A program made the translations under genes and the position numbers. This document shows positions 1 through 10,200 of a stretch of DNA of 64,000 nucleotides, in pieces. Location: NCBI GenBank assembly GCA_047495785.1, contig JBLDXI010000016.1, positions 62,001 through 126,000 of the forward strand, read 5' to 3'. A model generated the notes under the pieces. That model did not search any database and was not told the origin of the DNA. It worked only from the letters and a program-made list of their open reading frames with translations. The stretch comes from Lepidodermella squamata. Taxonomy: Eukaryota; Animalia; Gastrotricha. Each line of letters starts with the position of its first letter. Position 1 is the stretch's first letter.

Positions 1-560
1 CTTCCTCAAAACCCGAAAGGGTACAGACGTTTAGTCGCGGGGAAGAGAAACAAATAAATCATTTTCATTTTCATGGCGGAATTAGTTATCTGCGGTAGAA
101 AAAATATTTGACGGCAGTTTTAGGAGTTTTCGAAGGCCCTGATCACGATTTTGAAATCCGTTTGTCTTTATCTATCACCGTTAAGGCTATAAAAAACTGG
201 CCGAAATCGTCCTATCCGCCCAGCTGATTTCAGGCGATTTTTCGAGCACCCTAATTTCTGTTTTACGTTCAGGTGCCTTCAGTTTTTGAATTTTCGATTC
301 TAAATTACTCCCATGAATGTCCCTAAGATTCTCCCTCACTTAAATCGCCGAAAAAATTCAGTTTGAAAGAGTTTCATGGGCTCAGCATTCAGATCTGAAT
401 TCAGCTTTTCCAGTTTTTGCTCGCGAAAGTTTTTGCAGAACAAAAATCACGCACTCCGCCGGTATAAGTCCTGGCGGATAGGACGAATTCGGCCGGTTTG
501 ATTGAAGTTCAAAAGCGTCGACAAATTTTACACAGAGGTAAATGAGACTATGGCGGACAC

Positions 561-1984
561 CAGGGCTGCAAAATCTGTTTTCCTGCCCACGAGCATGATT
601 TTTAGCGGTCCACCTGCCCACACGACCCTACTTTTTTCACCATTCTGTTTTTCACTAGGAGCTGTCAGTTTGTGGACGAATAGGTCCTTCATCCGGCAAT
701 TATTGATTTAGAGCCACAAAACTTAGTGACATGTTAAGGGGTCCAATTCGCGAGCGGGCAATACTGCCGCGCAGCGAAATTTTTGTGGGATATTTGGAAA
801 ACATTTTGTGAAAATGAGAGTTATTCGGGTAGGGAAAATAAGCCTAAAACTGCTTTGAATGATACTAAATTTGTTAGAGAATGCGACATTTCTCTCATGA
901 ATTTCCATCTATTGATGAGGGGGAATTTGAAATTTGTACAATTATTTTGTTTTTTTCGAAAAATCAAGTTTTCAACGGTGAGGAATTTCAAAAAAGAAAT
1001 TAGATTTTCGGATTCAGCGCAAAAAGTTGGGCTAGTGCGCAAATATGCGCGTGATTATCGTTAAAATTGGGAGAGAATGGAATAAACCGCGCTCACTAGC
1101 AAATGCGTGGACGTTTTGTTTCTGCCCGCAAAATGCGCGCAGCCGAGAGCGCGCTCGCGCACACTCACACGCACACACACGCGCGCTCCGATACGATTAA
1201 ACTTTTTCGAGTCAAATCTTCCTCAATTTTGACAACAGCCATGCGCAAACTTGCATCCTAGCCTAACTTTTTGCGCTGAATCCGAATATCTATTTTGTTT
1301 TTTGAAATTCATCACCGTTGAAAACTTGGGTGTTACGTGTTACTCATAATTACGCTGAATGAGAATTTTTAATTCAAATAATTGAATAACTAATGTTGAA
1401 TAAAACAATGTGAGCATCATCAGTTAGTGGGCAGCGCTGAAAATAGTTTGATGGTGCGCGGGAAGTTTCGCTTGTTACACAGTACTGCTTTGAAACGAGC
1501 AAAGTTTGTAGTTAATTGATTTATTAAAATTTTTATAGAAATTTGTTCGTATAGGCAATATAGAAATATCTTCCCACTCAATTCGCCTTTGACCAGGCGA
1601 TCTATAAATAAGTTTTCAAGCTGAGTACAGCTATCTGGTCGAAATTCGATGCGGGCAGGGCTGCCCACGATCTTATGCCCACGACTGCCACGAATTATGA
1701 AGATTTTCCCTTGGTTTGCCCACGAAGACCTATGGAATTCGCTCTAGGCAAAGCCGATGAATTACTCGGCGTAAACAAAGCTAACTGTAACAAGAAAGAC
1801 ACTAGTTGTATGTAAAATTTCCGAGCTTTTGAATCAGCGGAAGGTAAAAAGCGGAAACCTGCCAACATCGTGGTGAGGCACGAAAATGCATGCCTTTTCC
1901 GGACCTGCCCACGAAATCAGGGTTCAGCCCCCTCGACCTGCCCAGGAGCATTACTCGCTTGCTCGGACAGGTTTTGCAGCCCTG
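561..1984. mobile_element. Non-autonomous hAT-superfamily DNA transposon
   Basis: Left end CAGGGCTGCAAAATCTGT (561-578) matches the reverse complement of the right end ACAGGTTTTGCAGCCCTG (1967-1984) at 17/18. Perfect 8-bp TSD GCGGACAC at 553-560 and 1985-1992. Repeated subterminal (C)TGCCCACGA motifs near both ends. No transposase ORF. Confidence 0.88.
965..1328. mobile_element. Nested MITE-like element (about 70-bp inverted repeats) inside the hAT element
   Basis: 965-1035 (CAAGTTTTCAACGGTGAGGAATTTCAAAAAA...GGATTCAGCGCAAAAAGTTGGGCTAG) is the imperfect reverse complement of 1258-1328. Confidence 0.7.
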
Positions 1985-2763
1985 GCGGACACGTTGGTAT
2001 TTTTTGTTTGATCAAAAAATGATTAGAAACCTATGAAATTTCAAGTTGAAAAAAGCGAAATTTCCATCTCAGGTTGACTATTTTCAAATTGCTGGTATGT
2101 CCTGACCATGCAAGATAACGGTGTCCTGGTCTCAAACCCTTGTAGGCAACATCGAAGAGCAAACTTCCTCAAAAGGGCGATCACGAATTCATCAAATTCA
2201 ATTTTCTGCGATTTTTCAAAGTCGAAATTCCGAAATCGTCCTTCCCGCCGTGAAAGTGTTAAGTCATAAGGGCTTTATAGGTAGTTATTTCTGTCAGGGA
2301 GCGAGTCCCTAGGGTTTCCATGTGTGTGGGATCGCTCGCCGATTTTAAGGAAGCGGCTTTTTATCTTATGTGAAGTTTCCACATTTTTTAAACTTACCTA
2401 ACTAGGCCTGCAGAAAAATTTGTCGACTTTTTTCAGCAAATTTATCACTCCCTAACTCTAACCATTCACCGTCATCCAGCTGGGTTATCTTACAATCTTT
2501 CAAGAGAACATTCCCTGCTACTATAATACCGGGCTATATTTGTATGGTATGACATGAGTACGGAGCCGAACGATAATTACGAGTCGGAACGCACCGGAGG
2601 CGAGTTGCGATGAGTAAATCGAATTCGGCGAGTTCAGATTTCAGATATGAACAATTTACGAATGTTATACAGTAAAACCTGCTATTTCGAACTCTGGTAA
2701 GGTCGAAAATCTGTCATGTCGAACACTTTTGTAGAACCGTCTATAGTTCACATAATCTAAATT

Positions 2764-2824
<61 letters not shown>
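2764..2824. repeat. Compound (TC)n(AT)n microsatellite
   Basis: Directly visible dinucleotide run. Confidence 0.95.
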
Positions 2825-2827
<3 letters not shown>

Positions 2828-2913
2828 CTCAAATATAAAAACTTCACTTACATTATTTAATAAGTAAAATTTTTAATTTTCAACTGCATTCTTCTCAAAT
2901 TATCTTCAAATAG

Positions 2914-5814
2914 TAAGATCCAGAGGTTCAAAAAATTCGATGAGTTCACCAAAAATGAACGATTGGGCAGCGGCGCTTTCGGATCGGTTTGGCACTGCAG
3001 AGCTAAGAAAGATTACGCTGACTATGCTGTCAAAGTGGTAAATCTTAGCGCGATTCAACGGAACTATGAAAAGAATCAGGATATGGCTGGGATACTAGTC
3101 GAATTAACCCGTAATGAGGTTCACCATTCACATTATAACATGAAAACAACGCAAACTCTGATATCATTGATTTTCTACCAGCATGTCAAGCTTCAAAATC
3201 TAAATCACCCTAATATAGTCGCGGTGTACGGCGCGTTTGAAGGTCAGTGAGTTGAAGCCAACTCCGAGCATTAGGGAATCGCCGATTTTTATATTCAAAA
3301 TAACTCCAGAAAGTTTGTTGCAAATCGATGCTACAAACCAAGTGAAGGATAGATGGTACCTGGATGATAAAATGTACTATCTCGTCATGGAGTTTTGTCC
3401 TGGCGGAGATTTGGAAAACTACATTAAACAAACCGAACAAAACAATAGAACCATTGGAGAACTAACGCTACTGCATTGGGCTCGCCAATTAGTATCGGCC
3501 ATAAGCTGCCTGCATGATCGCGGAGCGCTTCATCGGGATATCAAGCCAAAAAACATCTTGCTATGTGACGATGGGAGGACTGTCAAGTTGGGTGATTTCG
3601 GATTAACAAAAATCTATGATGGGTGAAACTTCTCACATTGCGCCAGCAATGACTGCTTAAACTTTTCGTTTTCAGGACTTCCAACAGTACAACATTAGGA
3701 CTCGGAACGCCGAATTATGCCGCGCCTGAGATTTTTAACAGAGAGCAACATTCAAAAGTCAGTGATTGGTGGTCTCTTGGTGTAACGCTGTTCGAATTAG
3801 CTCATCTTCGCCGACCTGTAAGCTACTTTTTTTTCTGGGATGGTTCTTGATTATGATTCTTATAGTTCGAAACAACTGCCGATATTATCAAGTAAGTTTC
3901 AAGACATCACGCTCCTTCGGTATTTTCCACCGACTGCTGCGAATCGGAGAAAGGTTCAACTCGTCGTATATATATTTTATCTCTCTCGATTCCAGGGACT
4001 CGATACAACCGAATTTCGACAATATCCGATGCTCACAGGAGTTTCAGTACTTCGTGTCATCTATGCTACAAAAAGAGCCATCGAAAAGAGCCAAGGTTGA
4101 AGACTTACTGGCGAGCTCTTTCTTGACGCAAAACCATCATACCACTAAAAGAAATGTATCCCAAACAACGGCTGACAATACTGCAGTCAATTCTGAAGCA
4201 GCTTTGAAGGCAAGCCGATTTAATCTGTAGTATCATTCTGAAATATTCATTATGTATTGTCCCTCACAGATGTTGTTTAAATATTCGAGGCAAGGTAACA
4301 TGCTCCCGGAGATTGAGAAATTGCTGAACGACAGCCGATTGAATTTGAACGTGAATAGTAGGAACGACGACGGGTTCACGCCATTGATGATTGCAGCGCA
4401 AGAGGGATTCGATGAATTTATGAAACCGTTAGTACAAAAGTATGGGGCAAACGTTGAATCAGTAGACGTTCAAGGCAGAACAGCAGTGTACTTGGCCGCT
4501 AAAAACGGACACTTCAAAGTTGTGCAAGTCCTCGCCAAAGATTTGAAGGCGAATGTCGAAACAGCTGAGAACGGCGGCGCGATGTCTTTATACGTCGCTG
4601 CTCAGAATGGTCACCTGGAAATCGTGAAGCTTCTCGCTGGAGACGTCAACGCCGATGTGAATGCGGCGACGGATACTGGTGCTACGCCGTTGTACATCGC
4701 TGCTCAAAATGGTCACTTGGAAATCGTGAAGCTTCTCGCTGGAGACTTCAACGCCGATGTGAATGCGGCGATGAATGATGGTGCTACGCCGTTGTTCATC
4801 GCTGCTCAGGAGGGTCACTTGGAAATCGTGAAGCTTCTCGCTGGAGACTTCAACGCCGATGTGAATGCGGCGAGGAATGATGGTGCTACGCCGTTGTTCA
4901 TCGCTGCTCAGGAGGGTCACTTGGAAATCGTGAAGCTTCTCGCTGGAGACTTCAACGCCGATGTGAATGCGGCGAGGAATACTGGTGCTACGCCGTTGTT
5001 CATCGCTGCTCAGGAGGGTCACTTGGAAATCGAGAAGCTTCTCGCTGGAGACTTCAACGCCGATGTGAATGCGGCGAGGAATACTGGTGCTACGCCGTTG
5101 TTCATCGCTGCTCAGGAGGGTCACTTGGAAATCGTGAAGCTTCTCGCTGGAGAATTCAGCGCCGATGTGAATGCGGCGAGGAATGATGGTGTTACGCCGT
5201 TATACATCGCTGCTCTGAATGGTCACTTGGAAATCGTGAAGCTTCTCGCTGGAGAATTCAACGCCGATGTGAATGCAGCGGTGAATGATGGTGCTACTCC
5301 GTTGTTCATCGCTGCTCTGAATGGTCACTTGGAAATCGTGAAGCTTCTCGCTGGAGAATTCAATGCCGATGTGAATGCAGCGGTGAATGATGGTGCTACG
5401 CCGTTGTACATCGCTGCTCAAAATGGTCACTTGGAAATCGTGAAGCTTCTCGCTGGAGACTTCAACGGCGATGTGAATGCGGCGAGGAATGATGGTGTTA
5501 TGCCGTTGTACATCGCTGCTCAAAATGGTCACTTGGAAATCGTGAAGCTTCTCGCTGGAGACTTCAACGCCGATGTGAATGCGGCGAGGAATGATGGTTT
5601 TACGCCTTTAATGATCGCTGCGTACAACGGTCACTCCTGTGTTTTAGATTTTTTATTGCAGTCGCCTGGTATAAACGTAAACGCTCGAATGCCGTCAAAC
5701 GGATGGACGGCTCTATCTGCAGCCACGAACTGCAAGGCAGATGTAGCGCCTGATGACAAGCAGAGATGCATCGAGCTATTGCGGGCGGCTGGAGCTGTGC
5801 ATCCTGGAAGGTAG
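2914..5814 (+). CDS. Ser/Thr protein kinase (NEK-like catalytic domain) fused to a C-terminal ankyrin-repeat array; multi-exon, first exon not resolved
   Basis: Motifs [51 protein letters not shown] and [13 protein letters not shown] are spread over short exons (about 2914-3118, 3182-3242, ~3354-3622, 3677-3817, ~3994-4210). The last exon, ~4270-5814, encodes about 13-14 ankyrin repeats. Confidence 0.88.
4576..5595 (+). repeat. Ten tandem, nearly identical 102-bp (34-aa) ankyrin-coding repeats
   Basis: The unit GGTGCTACGCCGTTGTTCATCGCTGCTCAGGAGGGTCACTTGGAAATCGTGAAGCTTCTCGCTGGAGACTTCAACGCCGATGTGAATGCGGCGAGGAATGAT recurs with few substitutions. Confidence 0.95.
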
Positions 5815-6263
5815 ACGAGATATCCCAATGTCACATAATTTGTATTATAATTACGATAAGCAAGCGTCTCCAATTTTACTCGGCTGCTGTTTCGCACCTA
5901 TTGGCAAACGCAATTGCTTGTCACGCTCATCTTTTTGCGGCTGCTTTGCAAAATATTTTAGCAAATTATCTAAATCTTCAATCTTGCTGCACGTGTGCTG
6001 ACAAAAACGTATCAGTTTAGTGTTTAGATCGCGTGAGCGCGTGTGACCTTTGACCTGCAAAAAGAAGTATAATGTTAATACCCCCTAGTTAGAGGGTCCT
6101 ACTTCGCGCACTGCTGAGTAGTTATTAGCCCCAATTATATTATAGTAAATAATATAATTTAATATAATTTATAATATAATATAAATATAAATAAAAGCGA
6201 TAGTGCAACTCTTGGACTTGTTACGTTTGATACCTTATTGTGGCGCTACATACATTACGTCTT

Positions 6264-6593
6264 CTAGCGTACGTGGTCAAAGCCGGGAACTTTTTCTGGG
6301 GATTTTCCTGGTCGTCCAAGGTGTCTAAGGTACTTTTTCATGAAATTGTCACAGCTACCTAGCGTCTTGAATTTTCGATTTTCCTGATGATAAGTGACAT
6401 TTATCACTCTTTCACGGTAACGGTGAGTTTCGAGCTGTGCCTTGGTAACACCCACCCAATGTCGGGTCCAAGAAGCGTCCCCGGATCCGACCCGGGTAAA
6501 ACCCGAATCGAGGTCAACTTTGTTCATCACGCCATACAAGAACTCACGCAGCTTAGTTTCCAAAGAATCGTATGAAATAAAAAGTTTGGCCAT
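6264..6593 (-). CDS. Possible small hypothetical protein (109 aa)
   Basis: ATG-started ORF with coding-like composition lying between two genes; no recognisable family. Confidence 0.3.
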   Translation of the reverse strand: MAKLFISYDSLETKLREFLYGVMNKVDLDSGFTRVGSGDASWTRHWVGVTKAQLETHRYRERVINVTYHQENRKFKTLGSCDNFMKKYLRHLGRPGKSPEKVPGFDHVR

Positions 6594-7221
6594 CGCGAGC
6601 CTGTTTATGAACTTCTGAAATGATTATATCCTTTTCGATATCAAACGATCGCTGAAAATGCGTGGCACATTTATTATTAAACGAGTTCTTTTTCATGACT
6701 TTAGATCCAGATTCATTGAAAATTCAGCGTTTATTCACTTCACCGCGACAAAAACTGATGAAAGTATATAAATGGAAAAAGGGATTGAAAAGAGGAATTC
6801 TAACGCTGTTATCGGACGTACAGAGCGCAAGGCCTATCATCGCAGCCTCCTCTCACGGTGATAATGCTATCGCACGAAGGAACATTGGCGCTGGTGGAAC
6901 GTAGAAACAGGTTATAATGGCCAACTTCCTGACATAAGATATAAACGACAGCAAAGGCAGATAGAGAGTGAATTCATGCTGAAATGCTATTTAGTTGCTT
7001 CAACAATACCAGCCGTAATGGTCCTATAATACATCACTTTTCGGTTGCGGAGCTAAAATAGTTTCCAAGTTTGTAAAGCTTGACAAGCTACTTTTTCGCG
7101 ATTAACAACATCAGCTATGCAGATTTCCCCCGCTTTTTTACTCGTCACTTTGACTTTACAACAATGGTATTGATAGTCAACGCGGTTATATCGAAAGAAG
7201 CCCGTGACTGTCACAACTTCA

Positions 7222-10200
7222 ATGTACCAAGCTGCACTTTTGAAATTAGTTATCGACGCGGGCATTACCAATCCCGATCATCAATCTCACCTGTGCGATG
7301 TTTTCGCTGGTAATTTGCTATTGTTATCGTCATGCCATGAGTCTTAATTTTCGCATTGGTTTTACAGCTAATGAGTTGGATGAACTCGGCATATCACTCT
7401 TAACAAAGGACGAAATCAAGGACTTATTTCCATCGAAATTGGGGCACAGAAAGGCGTGTGAGGCAGTTTCTGTCTTTGCGCAAGCTCGTAAAACAGCACC
7501 CGCCAAGCTAGTTGAATCAGCCGAAAGTCAATTGAAGGTTCAATACAATCTTTATGAACCATTCTTAAACAAAAACTCTAATTTAGCAGCAGGCCGATTC
7601 TTCAAATGATGAGTCTGCTGATGCGACCAAAAAGGCTCGTGTATTCGTCAGCTATTCTTGGAGCTTTCGTGAGGATGACGTCCGCAGGGTCGCTGATGAA
7701 TATCTCAGCAAGCAGCCGGACTTTGATGTTTTCCTTGATGTACACAAAATCTGCGGTGATCTTGATCAAGCGATGATCGAGGTAGGTTTCATGCCCCTCA
7801 GTACCTCCTCGAGATGCCTTTTCATAAAAACAGAAAGTCGACTGGGCTGATATCGTTGTTTGCTTTCTTTGTCAACCCTACCTTCGCGAAGGTTCCAATT
7901 CGGCTGAGGAGTTCGACTATGCTATTTTTAAGAAAAAGAAAGTTCTCCTCGTCAATTTGGAAGACAGCTTTGTCCAGCTTGGAGAATCTCGAAACCTGGG
8001 CAATCTGCTTCGAATTTTTTTGCGCACGGAGGCCATGCACTTCCACGACGATGCGAATGATATTTGCCAGCAAATCCGGCTGATACTGAAAATGCCAGCT
8101 CAGAAAGCCGTTGTTCTGAATCGATTTTACGCCCCGAGCATACCTATCAGCATTGCGAACTATTTCGAGCGGAATGAACTGGAAGCTAAAATGATGAAAC
8201 ATCTTATTGATATCTGCAACCAGCCAGCCAAAGGTATGTTTGCTCAACAGTTGAGACCGTCCACCGTCGGCAGGAAAATCTACAGTGGAAATCAAACGTT
8301 ACTTGAATTAGGTAACGCGCCCAAACTATTTTTAGCTCCAAGCTTGGGTTGAAATCAGCTAAAAATAAAACTTGTAACTCGGACAGACTAATACGTTTCA
8401 ATAGTTGTACAAATATGAATATTCATTAGCTGCTAATTAATATTCCGAAACCCTCGAAATTGATAATTATGTCAGAAAAATTCCGGAAAAAATATTTTAA
8501 ATTTGTCGTAATCATTTCCCAACTGCTCGAATTTTTCTGCGTTTTATTGGGCACGTTACTCGGAATGTACTAGTTTCAAGACATCTCATGAATTATATTC
8601 ATTTTCTTGAACTATTCCACTTTCACAGGAGCTATTTTTAGAGCTCGTACAAACGGCGTTCTGCACGAGATAAAGATGAACAGCCGTATTTCAACTAGTG
8701 TCGCCTCAATTCCACAGTGCGGTTATTTTCATTGTCACTTCATAAAATCTGGAATAATGGTATAATGATTCTCCATGGAAAAACCGAAAGTATGAGGAGG
8801 GGGAGTTGGAGGGTATCATGCCCCCCCCCCCTGCCAGTTCGCAAGGCCAAAGTGAAAACCCCCAAAAACCCTTTAGAACCCTTTGGACCCTTTGGGTACA
8901 ATTAGGACCGAAAATACCTCCTAGTTCGGGAATCCTACTTCGCACACTGGTTGAAATATTGCAGCGTAGACCTGTTATAGATTTAATTGGGGCAAGTATT
9001 TGAACGAATAAGAATAAGCGGATATACCTAAGCCCTAAACGCCTATAGAACCAAGATTCTTAATGGTCTTATCGTTAATATAGGTTTCGCCAGTCTGCTG
9101 GTTGTTGCTGGCGAGGGAGGTGTTGGCAAGTCCGTGTTGATCGCGAAATTACTTTGCAGCGAAAATATACCCAGAGGACTGCAATCGCCAACAGTTGTTC
9201 TATGGCTTCAGTGTTTCAAATGGCAAGGAACCACTTTTGACGACTCAGCCAAGAAAGAATTCCGCGAGAGCCTGATAGCCGTAGCAAAAAAGGCCGCAGC
9301 GGAATTCACCGGATCGGAGTTATCTCACATCAGCGAGTATTTCCGAGACAAAAAACGGCATCGGGTTCTGGTCGTTCTTGACGACATGTTCAACGTGGAA
9401 TTGCTTCGCTTCTTTGTGCAAGAGCAATCAGAAATGTCCTGCTGTGTCATCACGCGTGACCCCTATCCGATTTTAATGCAACAGCGACAGCTCATCTACA
9501 AGTTGGAGAAAATTGATAGCCTCGAAAATGAAGCCATTGAACGTTATCTGGAAAAAACATGCGGATTGGAGGAAAAATTCAAGACGAATGCCAAGGGTAA
9601 GATTGCTAACCTTGCTAAAATGTGCTGTGGTTTGCCTTTGATCATGTCTCTCGTTGCTAACCGATTTCTCTTCGGAAATTTCGATTGGGACGAGGAGTAT
9701 GAAGAGTTGCTAGCCAAAAGACCAACGACTTTGATACTGCTATAGCCGGAGGCGATCCGCGCTTCAAAGAGCAAACCGTTGATTGCCTGTTACAGTTTAC
9801 TCTGGAGCGATTGGGGGAGACATACAGGCTTTGCTTCTATGCTTTCTTACTTTTCGCTCCAAACACTCTAATTCCTGGCGAATATCTAACGATGTTGTGG
9901 CGACAGCTGGCAACCAACCTCAGGGCAAAGGATGTGTTCAATGCATTTGATCAGCGGGCTGTTATACGAACAGTTGGCGGAGAATATGAACTCTCCTCCG
10001 TCCATCAGCTGCTTTGGGAAGCTGGTTTTCGACGAGCTGCTCAAGAATTTGAGATAGCCGCCTCAAATGACGCCGATCTGTATGACAAAGTCCGATTGAG
10101 CTTTCTTCATAGAAGGAATGTTTCTAACGCCGAGATGCTGCTGTTCGAGGTTTTTAAGGGCGAAAATGGTCAAAAGCACAAATCAGTCCATCGGCAGCTG

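Noticed and set aside
2668-2745. TACAGTAAAACC... start resembling a pogo/Tigger TIR
   Set aside because: No matching inverted end found in the window; at most a fragment.
4588-5532. Repetitive antisense ORFs ([11 protein letters not shown]...)
   Set aside because: Reverse-strand shadows of the ankyrin repeat array.
4576-5595. Regular repeats that could suggest a CRISPR array
   Set aside because: Contiguous 102-bp in-frame coding units with no unique spacers, in an intron-containing eukaryotic gene.
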